A stretch of DNA of 28,016 bases from Paraspadella gotoi (Eukaryota; Animalia; Chaetognatha). The position numbers and the translations under genes were made by a program. The stretch spans positions 1 to 28,016 of the forward strand of contig JBJCIZ010000298.1 of assembly GCA_051294375.1 (NCBI GenBank), read 5' to 3'. Of the stretch, positions 8,947-21,371 are shown piece by piece (the first letter of the stretch is position 1; each line of letters starts with the position of its first letter). The notes beneath the pieces are model-generated. The model did not search any database. It saw only the letters and a list, made by a program, of their open reading frames with translations, and was not told where the DNA came from.

Positions 8947-11900
8947 TAATTACCCAAATTTTAATTACACCAGATGAAGGGCTCACCAGACTCATTTTTA
9001 TTAGGTTCTTTTTTGTCTGTAGGAGACATTGGGATGATTAAACCTTGAAGAAAAAACCTTTGACCCGGAAAGAGAAACTCTTCCAGCAGTTTCCAAGTTG
9101 ATCGAGTACTTTTGCCGTTTTTTCTTGATCCGGGTATCTTATATGTGAATTATTTAAAGGAATTTTTAATAAATAATGATATTAAATCAATATTGAATTT
9201 TGACATTTGAAATACTATATTTGATTATATGAAACTGCTAACGTACGGGCTTGATGCTGACTATGCTTGTGTATTTTAATTTAATACCTTTTATTTTTAA
9301 TAAAATTATTAATAATTATATATTATATAATATAAAATATATAAGATGATTCAATTAGTTTTTTTGATAAAATACTTACTTAAAAGTTATTCCTAAATTT
9401 TGTGAAGATTAATATGAAAAAAATATATTTAGCAGTACTTACTAAAAATAAAATCAAAAATACACAATAATTAACCCTTTAAAACTAAATAAAAAAAAAA
9501 AAATGGGTTAAAATTTATAATTATATTCTCCCATAACTTTTTAAAATTTTTGAAGCTCTTTATGGGCTTAAATTGCGCCTTTATTACCAAGAGAACTATG
9601 CAAATTTAGTATTCAAAATTATCTATTTTCAGAATATCTGCTGAGTCTTTGCTTTCTTTTTGTAAATATCAAAGTGTTTTGGGAAAATTGGCCCAAATTC
9701 TCGACTACTTATTGGTGCGCCTATGAGTAAATTTGGTTTTCCTTCCAAAGAAATTGTCTAAACTTTTTATTGTTTGTTTTTTTTAAATCAGATTCAATTT
9801 TCAAAACAATATTTCGATAAAATGTAAAGAAAATTTTTTTGATTCTACTTGGTTCTTAGGCTTTCATGTTATTAGATAGTTAGATTGCACCTATACTCTA
9901 AATTGATTAAGTAATGTTTTGTGGAAATAGTGTATTCCTCATTTAATAAAACTAAGGGGGAAATATCTATATTTCAATTAAGTATGGCATTAGTATATGA
10001 TTTATGAACATGGCCAAGATAAATAATAACGAAGAAGATATTAAATGTAAAAATGTTATCCTGGAAAATAGTTAGGTAAACAAAACTTTATTTCCTTCTG
10101 TTTAGATAAGATATTTTGACTCTTTGTGGAGAATTTAGTTGAATGAAACCCTAGAATAGAAGAGTGGTCTGCTTTGTTTGTTAAAGAAAAGTAATTAGGA
10201 ATATTAGGTAAAAGGCTTGCTGCATGGATCTAGCTGATGCCGTCATTTTTATATGTTATTGCAGAGGGTGTGTACTTAAATAGTGTTAAACTTATAATAA
10301 ACTTACTTACTACAGGTTCATGATTTATTTCTGCATTACTGTTTAAACAGTGATGATTATCAGAGACCAAATCCAATCAAAACCTTCTTTTCTTAAGTAA
10401 TAGCTCAAACAAAAAGGATTGTGAGGAAAAACTGATAATAGAACCTATGGTGATTGAATCTTTAATATAAAAAAAATAATGTAATAATTATGAGTAAAGT
10501 GAAAAAAAAACTGCAGGTTTAGTCTGTATGTTCGTATTGTTGTATTGGATAAGAATTTCACAAAGTACTCATAGAAAGACATATTGACATGCTCAATTAT
10601 GTACATATGAGCATTTAATATTCGTGGGGTGGTCACTTATTATTAAAGGTTTTGATTATAAAAGAAAACATGTTTAGATCTCTAGCCGTTATCAATGATT
10701 TTTTAATAATTAAGGTCGCTGTTTAGACTCTAGCTTTTATAGGTCTTCTTAGCCCCGGATTTGAGTCTCAAGGAACAGATTTCGGGTTTCAAAGGATTCC
10801 CTTCCAACAAAGAACTGAAGAAAAGGTGCGTTCGTGGTCAGAATGAGGATAAGGGTTGACGGTAGTAATAGGAAAGGAGAGAGAGGTGAATAAATTTGAA
10901 ATAGTAAGAAAATCGAGCATAGAGAGTAACAAGTGACGGTGCGAAAAATCATTATAATTTAGAAGCAATATACACAAAGATTACATATTATAAATTAAGC
11001 AAACTTAATTTTTAAAACTTAAGAAATAAATAATAAAGGTAAATATTAGAAATTGAGATGTAGGGTTAAATGTAAACCGGAGAATAGAAAAATAAGTGGT
11101 AGGGGATGGATAAGATAATGAGTAAGGGGAAATATAGTTCAAAGGAAAAGAGCTCAACAAATTGCCAAATGTAGTGATTATATTTCCCTCTTCCCAATCT
11201 CTACCAGTTTTTTTTCAAATTTATTCACTCTTCTCTCCCTTCCCTATCCCTAACTTCTCTTGTCCTCCCATCTATCCTTTTCTTAATTCTTTGTTGAAAC
11301 TTTCTTTCCTCCTCTCTTCTCTCTTCACTCCAACTCAATGTTTTGTTTGAAACCTAAAAATCTGTCTCTGTCAGTCAAAAAGACTCCGTAAGACAAAGCA
11401 AGGAGTCAAAATAATTATCCAACTTTATTGTTTTGATAAAAAATTGTTGTTATTTTGCTAAAAAATATAATGAAAAAAAGATTTACACAAAGTTTTGACT
11501 ATTTAACGCCTTGTATGCATTTATAGGTAGCCTCGCCACTTTTTCAAAATATTGACTTATTCCATATTTTTATAGTTAAAATTAGTATATGTTGAAATTT
11601 TCTATTTAATCACCTGCCAGCACACCTATAACATTTCATAATAACATATTTATCAACACTTCCTACCAAATATTATTTAAAACTTATGTTAGCATTAAAA
11701 CGAGTAATGAACATTTAAATTTAAGTCAGATAGACTGACAAACGACAAACCTACCCACAACTTAGAGAATAATGATTTGAAAATTGCTCCTCAAGGCACT
11801 CATACCCAGCTAAAAGTATACTTGAGAACTTTATCTATAACTAAATCTAATAACTTTAAATAAAGAATTGACTATTTACTTGGAAACAGCTTTGGAAGGA

Positions 11901-12697
11901 GTATCCTTTCGATCAAGTTTTTAAGAGGTTTAGACAGGTTTTAATGATCTTTTAAGAACAAAAAGATACCTATTAATGAGTAGAAATTTTATATTTAAGC
12001 CATAAGAGCTCAAAAATTCAAAAGTTAATTTGAAGACGTTATAATTATAGAATTTTAATCATTTTTTATTTTTCTTGGTTTAGTTTTTAAAAGTTTTATC
12101 ATTGTGGGTTTGTATTTATGATTTATTCTCTTCAGTAGAAGTACTGCTAATAATATTATGATCTCCTTTTAACTATTTATTCTTTCACAAAAATTAGATG
12201 TGAGAATAGACTTTTAGTACATTATTTTTGATTGGAAAAAACAACTAGATTGATCATCTTTATATTTTTTTATTATATAATATTATATTATATAATAAAA
12301 TTTTATTAAAAATAAAAGGTTTGAATAAAGAAATATGCGTACATACAATAAATCATATTTCAAAAATCAGTCAAGTATTTGGATTTAATCATTATTTATT
12401 AAAAAAGATCCGCTTTTAAAATATAATTATCACTATAGATTACGATCAAAGAAAAAACCCGCAAAAGTAACTTCGATCACTTGGAAAAGCTTCTGGAGAG
12501 AGTTGCATTCCGGTCAAGTTTTTTCAGGTTATTCAGGTTCCCAAGCTTCTACAGACAAAAAAGAACCTAATATAAGATTGGTCGTTGTACCCTTATCCTT
12601 AGAAAAAAAAAAAAAAATAAAAGCGAAAATGAGAGATAAGGATAAAGCATCGATATGTCAAAGATTTGGAAGGTAATTGGGTAACTCTATTATTAAT
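8947..12697. repeat. 3.75-kb self-palindromic insert present only in the left arm, centre ~11050
   Basis: 9000-9130 vs 12445-12572 (ttaggttcttttttgtctgtag / ctacagacaaaaaagaacctaa); 9480-9575 vs 11993-12090; 10875-10900 vs 11214-11240. No counterpart in the right arm at ~21568. Confidence 0.88.
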
Positions 12698-12761
12698 CGG
12701 GCGGGGTGACCTAGGTTACACCTAAGTTCACCCTGCCTATAAGTATGACACTTTCAGTTGT

Positions 12762-12906
12762 GGCCCGGTGGCTCATTGAGTAAAGCCATCAGCCTCATGA
12801 CACACTGGGTACCGGGTTCAATCCCAACATGGTTCCTACCTGCGGGAAGCGTGAGAGGATAGCCTTAAACTGCCTTGTGGGACTGGAAAACCCCCAAGCC
12901 CCAAGT
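12762..12906 (+). mobile_element. tRNA-Met(CAT)-derived SINE-like / Pol III element, copy B
   Basis: ggcccggtggctcattgagtaaagccatcagcctcatgacacactgggtaccgggttcaatcccaacatggttc, with tataag ~24 nt upstream. Confidence 0.65.
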
Positions 12907-13606
12907 TCTCAAATAGAAACATGACTAATAAACTATAAAGCGACGAGTATCGTGTTGCAGTTAAAGCGCTTGTAATTACATTATTGATTAACCAAATGTT
13001 GATGCAGTCAAATACAATCGGAGATACAAACATGATTGATCGAGATACAGAAGCACAATGGACAGAATGGACGGAAAGGAACGCAATTGAAACGGCATGG
13101 ACCGCTGGACTATATAAAATAATATAAAATGAATTAATAAAACACTTAGTACTAAATTAAATCAATTATTATGTTTGAAAAGGGTATAAAACAAAATGAA
13201 TGGATAATTTTTATATTGGTTTGTACCAATTTCATAAAATATATTTCAATCATTTAAATCAATCAATCCCATCCTTGGTTAAGGTGTCGAGGGGAAAAAA
13301 ATTATAAAAAAGGGTAAAGTTTTATCTAATTACAGAGCATCTCAATCAATATTAGGTTTGTCTATCTAGCGTTTTTATTAAGCTAATAAATGGTATACTT
13401 TAAAAAGTTTTTAATAAAGCTTTTATATTGTTATAATCTATTGAATAATAAATATTTAAGATATTTTATATATTCTCTATAAGCAATATATCAGTCAGTT
13501 GTCTCCTGCCTCAATTTTCAGAGATATTTTTTTATCTTATTTAGTTTTCGCATGAAATCTCACTTTTTTGCCCAGAAGATACTCCGTATTTACGAGTTTC
13601 TGATGG

Positions 13607-14580
13607 AATATTTGCTGTACAATTAAAGTCTCATATTTCTTTTCGCGACTTTTTCTCTTGGAAACTCACGTTAATCAGTTCAACCGGGTGAAATCACGAA
13701 CGCTCGTCTCCGCGGTCGTGAAGACAAAGATCTTTGCAGTAAATAAGGACAATCCCTTCGCGGATTCGTCTTTAACTTTCGATAAGACAATCAATCACAT
13801 CGTTAATAAAAAGGTCGCTTCATCTCGATCAAAAAACTTTTATGATGGGAGAGTGGACGGCGAAATAAATCCGCCCACCGTCACAATTNNNNNNNNNNAA
13901 CGCCGGAAATCTCCGCGAAGGAGACACTTCTTTTCAAAAACTGACAACGCCATCGCCGACAACTTTGCTGGCCTCGCCTACGTCGTCATCCCCAGCATCT
14001 TCGACGTCAAAGTCGGCGTAGATGTTTCCATTGACGTCATCACCGAAGCAAAATGTTCATTCAACGCAACGTAAACTCTTATCTCTTGCTATAAATGTGA
14101 GCACCTCTTTCTCGCTGTCCCGAATATGGCGACAAGAAACGTAGTTTCAATGTTTATAAAAACGATTCCAGAAATTAATGAGTTTAATTTCGAGTTTAAA
14201 AAATAAAAGGTGACTTTAAAATGAGTTTAAAATTTAAACATTCAACTTATGGTCAAAAATGTGTACGTCCGGGGCTCTCGAAGCAACTCAACTTTTGCCT
14301 CCCGCGATATTCTAAAAGTAAATATTTATCACAATTCTAATTTTTCTCCCGTTTTCTTCGCGACTAAATCAGCGTTTAAACTTCTCCCGAAATAGTGGGC
14401 CGGCCTCTATCGCGATATCGTCCGCTTTTCCGTTTCGAAATTAACATCCTTTCCGTTTCCAAATTCAAATCCTTGTAGATCGTGAGAGGATTTGTTGTTG
14501 AAGATGACGTCGACGCCAGCACAGCACGGACGAACTCTATGGCGGATGATAATCCGATGTTCTGGAGAGAGAGAGAAGGA
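13607..14580 (+). pseudogene. Degenerate or frameshifted coding-like unit of unknown product (mirror copy ~19745-20715 on the minus strand)
   Basis: GC-enriched island with ORF 13658-14074 (138 aa across an N mask) and mirror ORFs 19929-20111 and 19741-19929; paralogous to 20-965. Confidence 0.4.
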
Positions 14581-14789
14581 TAATTAAAAGGGGAAAGCGT
14601 TGCATTAAGATCGAAGAGGNNNNNNNNNNTCCTTTTTTGAGGACAATATTAGTTCACTTTACTAAAACTGACTTAAAAAGGAAAAGCACCGGATTAAGAT
14701 CGAAGAGGAGAATAATAATCTTTTGGAGGACACAAATCGATTACTACATTAAATTAATTGGGTTAATTTTTACAACTTACTAAACTAAT

Positions 14790-15230
14790 ATAGCCAGGAA
14801 GACGGTAATGCTAATGAGAACGCCAAGGCAGACGCCATTGCAGACGTGCACAATCAGGTTGAAGAACGAAGTTGAAAATAACCCTAAATTTAAAAAAAGT
14901 GGCACAGTAACTGAGAAAATAACTTAGATGCGAGGGAATTTATGTAAATGGCAAAACAAAAAAATATATTTACCTTGCGCTATCCCAAAAAAAACGGAAG
15001 AGCCGAGATTAAAATGGAGTCATNNNNNNNNNNTGAAACATTTTTCTACGGTCTCACCTGAGAATGTGATTACAGATAGAAATAAAATGCAAAGAATTTA
15101 AACCAAAAGGAACTTCGTTATGCTTACCATGATCGACGCTGCACAGTAAAGTCCTAAAATGGAGAGAGTGACACGAAGACGATGTAATGACGGCACAAAG
15201 AGCGTGTGGAATTTAGTTTTTTCATGAAAA
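14790..15230 (+). pseudogene. Possible degenerate exon(s), unknown product (mirror ~19100-19540 minus)
   Basis: The mirror copy gives long stop-poor stretches QEDGNANETPKADAMQTCTIRLKNEVENNPKFKK and LRNNNLDARNLCKWQNKKYIYLRHPKKNGRAEIKMESLKGVKHF after a tatag acceptor-like site. Confidence 0.25.
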
Positions 15231-15238
15231 TGAATCTA

Positions 15239-16440
15239 CCATGATTGGAAAAAAATTGTCACGGTTTCTTAACTTATATTTAATCTTATGTTTATGTCAT
15301 TATTTATTAAAAGTTATAGAAGCTTTAAACTATTAAAACCTATCTAAAATTAAAGGTAACATAATATATTTATTAAATGAATAAATAATTTTTATATTAA
15401 TTATATAATTTATATAAAAAATAATTTTTAAAAATAAAATTTTTTTTTTAAATTTTATTATTATTACACAATAGGGTGGAATGATAAAAAGATTAAATAT
15501 TTTTTACTGCCTATGACATATAATTAATAAATTTTAATACTTTAAAAAATTTTTTAACATAACAGTATAATAAATTAAATTATGTAGTAATATCCTAAAA
15601 AAATCATATAATGTAAAAAAAATTTTTTATATTTTAAAATTTTTTAATTGATTCTGATAGAGCTAAAAAAATTAAACAAAATTATATTACAACTTTTTAA
15701 AATTTTAATTTTATTACCAAAAAATTAACAAAAACTACTATATTATCGGATGATGATGATAATAATTTTTTTAAAGTTTTTCTTAATTTTAACCCACTTA
15801 CTATAAAATATTAAAAAATATTAAATTTACAAAAAATTTTTAATAATAGGTTTTTTTAAACTTTTTATTAAAAAATCTAAATCTTTATTAAAAGTTTAAA
15901 AATTTTTTTTTAAATTTACTATTTTATAAAAATTTTATTACAAATATATTAGATTTTATTATTTTATTCCCGAAACTATATGAATAAAATATTTTTTAAA
16001 ATAATTAATCATACTATTTTACATCTAAATATTTTTATTTAATTACCCAAATATTTTTTTAGTTTTAACTGCTCTACTNNNNNNNNNNNNNNNNNNNNNN
16101 NNNNNNNNNNNNNNNNNNNNNNNNNNNNNNNNNNNNNNNNNNNNNNNNNNNNNNNNNNNNNNNNNNNNNNNNNNNNNNNNNNNNNNNNNNNNNNNNNNNN
16201 NNNNNNNNNNNNNNNNNNNNNNNNNNNNNNNNNNNNNNNNNNNNNNNNNNNNNNNNNNNNNNNNNNNNNNNNNNNNNNNNNNNNNNNNNNNNNNNNNNNN
16301 NNNNNNNNNNNNNNNNNNNNNNTATTTATTTATAAAAAATTAAGTTTTATAATTTTTAATACTATTCTTTTTTGGACATATGAATTAAAATTTATTATTA
16401 AATCAATCTTAATAAAAATAATAATCTTTTTAATATTATT
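15239..16440 (-). mobile_element. Left-arm copy of the AT-rich TIR element, truncated by gaps
   Basis: ta|ccatgattggaaaaaaattgtca at 15237-15261, then ultra-AT-rich sequence that is the reverse complement of 17911-19093. Confidence 0.55.
16079..16322. other. Assembly gap (244 N)
   Basis: N run; corresponds in size to ~18020-18258 of the right arm. Confidence 1.
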
Positions 16441-16540
16441 NNNNNNNNNNNNNNNNNNNNNNNNNNNNNNNNNNNNNNNNNNNNNNNNNNNNNNNNNNNN
16501 NNNNNNNNNNNNNNNNNNNNNNNNNNNNNNNNNNNNNNNN
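16441..16540. other. Scaffold gap (100 N) at the inner end of the left arm
   Basis: Exactly 100 N, the usual unknown-size gap convention. Confidence 1.
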
Positions 16541-17334
16541 ATCGAAATTTTTCCAGCTTTTTTGGTTCATGACGAAAGTTGCACCAGTAGCGCTTAAAAC
16601 TGCCAACTACGAATGGTTTTTGATAGTACATGGTTTTTTAGTATCTAAAACGGTGGAACAAATAAATCCAGAAATAGTTTAGTAGTATTGAAATCCATTT
16701 TAAACGATTACTCCGCGAGCGGTTTCCCTTTGATTTGGTCTCTTTTTCATACTAGGTAAATCCTAAGGAATATTTTTAAATTTATTACAAGTTCTACTCT
16801 AAGACAATCGTTGAACTCATTTCTAATGCAAAAAGCTATAAATAATGGTCCTGGGTACAATATTGAGCATTTTAAAACCGGTCCTCTACTCGAAATGTCG
16901 TTCATTGCTATATTTTACATATTTGAACTGATCCTACAAATAAATTAAAAAGTGTTATTAGTATTGAACCTCTAACGTCTAGGTATCTTCCTTTGGCCGG
17001 AACAAAGAAAATTGGTAAATGGTCTTGATATGAAACAAAGCCAGTAAACATATACTACATTAAGATTTATGTCAAGTTTAACTGTCCCTCGTCTAGCGCT
17101 CAGTACTTAAAAAGAGAACTGTCACAATACATATATTTAGTTTAGTGTCTTGCCAAGCGGCCAAGCTATTTGCTTGTTAAAATTATCTCATTAAAAATCC
17201 TAAACTAACTTTTAGTGGAGGCATTAATTTGCACCTGAAGACGACGTTAACTTACCATTATTTTTGACATCTGGATAGTTCAGTGTCTGAACTTCTCCAA
17301 TCTGGGGAAAAAGGTGTAGTTTTCCTGGTTTCAT
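16541..17334 (-). CDS. Probable 5' part of a spliced gene with very short introns, product unknown; frameshift errors; 3' end runs into the gap
   Basis: ATG at 17334, exon MKPGKLHLFPQIGEVQTLNYPDVKNN, then G|gtaagtt...gtttag (17255-17200, 56 nt). Further AT-rich GT-AG candidates at 16969-16934 (36 nt, ends atttgtag) and 16797-16763 (35 nt, ends ttccttag) separate coding-like blocks MFTGFVSYQDHLPIFFVPAKGRYLDVR, MNDISSRGPVLKCSILYPGPLFIAFCIRNEFNDCLR and DLPSMKKRPNQRETARGVIV. Confidence 0.5.
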
Positions 17335-17822
17335 CGGAAATTTATTATTTAAATGGAACTGGTTTTCGTCTTTTGTCGCTGTTTTTCGCTGGTTTTCGTA
17401 CTCGTCGCTCCTCGTCGCTCTAGTCGCTTCGAAATTTTCCAGACCGCCTAATCATCTAATGCGTGATCAGGTCCTCGTTCAAAACCAAATTTCCTCGTGT
17501 TAATCGTGTCTCAGATATCACTTTTCTACACGTTGCCATGGAAATTTCTCGACCCTCTTCATTCGCCACGTGTTTTTTTTTTATTATTTTCATTTTCGCA
17601 CCGACAAGTCGCCATCGCCGCCATCGACTTGAAAAACCGCTGAAAACATTTGGTGGGGCGTCGCCTGAAAAATTAACTTTTTCAGTCTCTCGGTGGCTCC
17701 GTTAATTTTTAAATTTTCCGTTCCGCGATGAACCGGCCGCAGCCACGACAAAACGAAAAATCTATCAGAATTTGACGCTTGTCTAGTGTCACATGTGTGG
17801 TGGGATTCGATCCCGTTTCTTA

Positions 17823-19093
17823 CCATGATGGAAAAAAAATTGTTATATAGCAACTGTTTAATTAATTATTATTTTTTATATATATATATTTTTTATATAT
17901 TTTAATTAAAATAATAATATTAAAAGATTATTATTTTATTAAGATTGATTTAATAATAAATTAATCATATGTCACAAAAAGAATAGTATAAAAATATAAC
18001 TTATTTTTTTATAAATAAAATATATTTTAATTTTAAAATATATTAATAATATTAAAATTTAATTAATGCTTCAGGACCTGCTATGTATTATCTTGTAAGT
18101 ATGGTAAAGGTTTTAACTACTAAAGCCGTTCCAAATCAGGGACAAATAGTTTATCTTTAAATAAAACACAACCTTTTATATTGTTGTACCAATTTTATAA
18201 AAAAATTACAAAATTTATAAAAATTGTAAAGATTATATTTTATTGCGTTGTGCAGTAGAGTAGAGCAGTTAAAACTAAAAAAATATTTGGGTAATTAAAT
18301 AAAAATATTAGATGTAAAATAGTATGATAATTATTTTAAAACCAATATTGTATTCATATAGTTTCGGGAATAAAATATAAAATCTAATATATTTGTAATA
18401 AAATTTTAATAAAATAGTAAATTAAAAAAAAATTTTAAACTTTTATAAAGATTTAGATTCTTATAAAAGTTTAAAAAAAAACTATTATTAAAAATTTTGT
18501 TAAATTTAATATTTTTTAATATTTTAATAGTAAGTGGGTAAATTAAGAAAACTTTAAAAAAAATATTATCATCATCATCCGATAATATAGTAGTTTTTGT
18601 TAATTTTTGTAATAAATATTAAAATTTTAAAAAGTTGTAATATAGATTTTGTTTAATTTTTTTAGCTCTATCAGAATCATTAAAAAATTTTAAATATAAA
18701 AAATTTTTTTTTTTACATTATTGAGATTTTTTTAGGATATTACTAATAATTTAATTTATTATTACTGTTATGTTTAAAAATTTTTAAAGTAATTTAAATT
18801 TATTACTTATATGTCCATAGGCATAAAAAATATTTAATCTTTTATATCATTCCACCCTATTGTGTATAATAAATAAAATTTAAAAAAAATTTTATTTGTT
18901 AAAAATTATTTTTTATTATAAATTATTATATTAATATAAAAATTATTTATTCATTTAATAAAATATATTATGTTACCTTTAATTTTAGATAGGTTTTATA
19001 TTTTAAAGCTTCTATAACTTTAATAAAATAATGGACATAAACATAAGATAAATATAGAGTTAAGAAACCGGTGACAATTTTTTTCCATCATGG
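17823..19093 (+). mobile_element. MITE-like non-autonomous DNA transposon, 1.27 kb, ~22-bp TIRs, probable TA target site
   Basis: Left ta|ccatgatggaaaaaaaattgtta (17821-17845); right tgacaatttttttccatcatgg (19072-19093), followed by tg here but by ta in the mirror copy. The TIRs mark the borders of the extreme AT-rich block. Confidence 0.65.
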
Positions 19094-19594
19094 TGATCAT
19101 TTTCCATTGAATAAAAACTAATTCCACACGCTCTTTGTGCCGTCATTAAATCGTCTTCGTGTCACTCCTCCATTTTGGACTTTACTGTGGCAGCGTCGAT
19201 CATGGTAAGCATAACGAAGTTCCTTTTGGTTTAAATTCTTTGCATTTTATTTCTATCTGTAATCACATTCTCAGGTGAGACGTAGAAAAAATGTTTCACG
19301 CCCTTCAATGACTCCATTTTAATCTCGGCTCTTCCGTTTTTTTTGGGATGGCGAAGGTAAATATATTTTTTGTTTTGCCATTTACATAAATTCCTCGCAT
19401 CTAAGTTATTATTTCTCAGTTACTGGCCACTTTTTTTAAATTTAGGGTTATTTTCAACTTCGTTCTTCAACCTGATTGTGCACGTCTGCATGGCGTCTGC
19501 CTTGGGCGTCTCATTAGCATTACCGTCTTCCTGGCTATATTAGTTTTAGTAAGTTTAAAAATTAACCCAATAATTTAAGTAGTAATCGATTTGT

Positions 19595-19731
19595 GTCCTC
19601 CAAAAGATTATTATTCTCCTCTTCGATCTTAATCGGTGCTTTCCTTTTTAAGTCGTTCAGTAAAGTGGAACTAATATTGGTCCTCAAAAAAGGATTATTA
19701 ATCTCCTCTTCGATCTTATGCAACGCTTTCC
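19595..19731 (+). repeat. Local direct duplication, ~50-nt core with ~86-nt period (mirror 14590-14732)
   Basis: gtcctccaaaagattattattctcctcttcgatcttaa...gctttcc and gtcctcaaaaaaggattattaatctcctcttcgatctta...gctttcc. Confidence 0.85.
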
Positions 19732-21371
19732 CCCCCCCCTTTAATTATCCTTCTCTCTCTCTCCAGAACATCGGATTATCATCGCCATAGAGTTCGGTCC
19801 GTGGTGTGCGGCGTCGACGTCATCTTCAACAACAATCCTCTCACGATCTACTAGGATTTGAATTTGGAACGGAAAAGATGTTAATTTCGAAACGGAAAGC
19901 GGACGATATCGCGATAGAGGCCGGCCCACTATTCGGGAGAAGTTATAAACGCTGATTTAGTCGCGAAGAAACGGGAGAAAAAATTAGAATTGTGATAAAT
20001 ATTTACTTTTAGAATATCGCGGGAGGCAAAGTTGAGTTGCTCGAGAGCCCGGACGTACACATTTTTGACCAATAAGTTGAATTTTAAATTTAAACTCATT
20101 TTAAAAGTCACCTTTTATTTTTTAACTCGAAATTAAACTCATTAATTTCTGGAATCGTTTTTATAAACATTGAAACTACGTCTTGTCGCCATATTCGGCG
20201 ACAGCGAGAAAGAGGTGCTCACATTATAGCAAGAGATAAGAGTTTACGTGGCGTTGAGATGAACATTTTTGCCTTCAGGTGATGACGTCAATGGAAACAT
20301 CTACGCCCGACTTGACAGTCGAGTAGCTGGGGTGACGACGTAGGCGAGGCCAGCAAGCTTGTCGCGATGGGCGTTGTCAGTTTTTGAAAGAAGTGTTCCT
20401 TCGCGGAGAATTTCCGGCGTTTGGTGAGAGAATTGTGACGGTGGGCGGATTTATTCGCCGTCCAAACTCTCCCATCTAAAAGTTTTGATCGAGATGAAGC
20501 GACCTTTTTATAACGATGTGATGATTGTCTATCGAAAGTTAAAGACGAATCCGCGAGGGTTGTCCTTATTTACTGCAAAGATCTTTGTCTTCACGACCGC
20601 CGGAGACGAGCGTTCGTGATTTCAACCGGTTGAACAGATTAACGTGAGTTCCAAAGAGAAAAAGTCTGCGGAAAAGAACATATCGACACTTTAATTGTTA
20701 CAGCAAATATTCCATCGAAACTCGTAATACGGAGTATCTTCTGGCAAAAAAAGTGAGATTTCATGCGAAACTAAATAAGATAAAAAAATATCTGAAAATT
20801 GAGGCAGAGACAACTGACTGATATATTGCTTATAGAGAAATATAAATATCTTAATATTTATTATTCAATAGATTAATAACAATATAAAAGCTTATTAAAA
20901 ACTTTTTAAATATACCATTTTATTAGCTTAATTAAAAACGCTAGATAGACAAACTAATATATTGATTGAGATGCCTGTAATAGATAAAACTTTACCTTTT
21001 TTATAATTTTTTTTCCCTCACGTTGATGAATTTAATGATTGAAATAATATTTTATGAAATTGGTACAACCAATATAAAAATTATCCATTCATTTTGTTTT
21101 ATACCCTTTCAACATAATAATTGATTTAATTTATTACTAAGGTTTTATATAATCATTTATATTATTCTATATAGTCCAGCGGTCATGCCGTTTCAATTGC
21201 GTTCGTTGCGTCCATTCTGTCCATTGTCTTCTGTATCTCGATCAATCATGTTTGTATCTCGATGTTTTGACTGCATCAACATTTGGTTAAATCCAATAAT
21301 TAATTACAAGCGCTTTAACTGCAACACGATACTCGTCGCTTTATAGTTTATTTAGTCATGTTTCTATTTGA

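Larger units (their letters stand above)
7363..16440 (+). repeat. Left arm of giant inverted repeat (pairs with 17911-23137); includes 3.75-kb insert and N-masked stretches
   Basis: 7375-8946 is the reverse complement of ~21566-23128, and 12700-16440 is the reverse complement of ~17911-21568. The two are co-linear and differ mostly by 1-nt indels. Confidence 0.97.

Noticed and set aside
12762-12836. Functional tRNA-Met gene (also 8848-8919, 21440-21511, 21593-21662)
   Set aside because: T stem pairs only 2 of 5, anticodon stem is mostly unpaired and acceptor stem is partial; treated as a tRNA-derived element.
13630-14060. Minus-strand reading with ...LCLHDRGDERS*FHPVELINV resembling an Argonaute PAZ end
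   Set aside because: All three minus frames contain several in-frame stops, while the plus strand has the long open frame.
15270-19060. Mitochondrial control region or NUMT suggested by extreme AT content
   Set aside because: No mitochondrial gene, rRNA or tRNA recognised; the block is bounded by TIRs instead.
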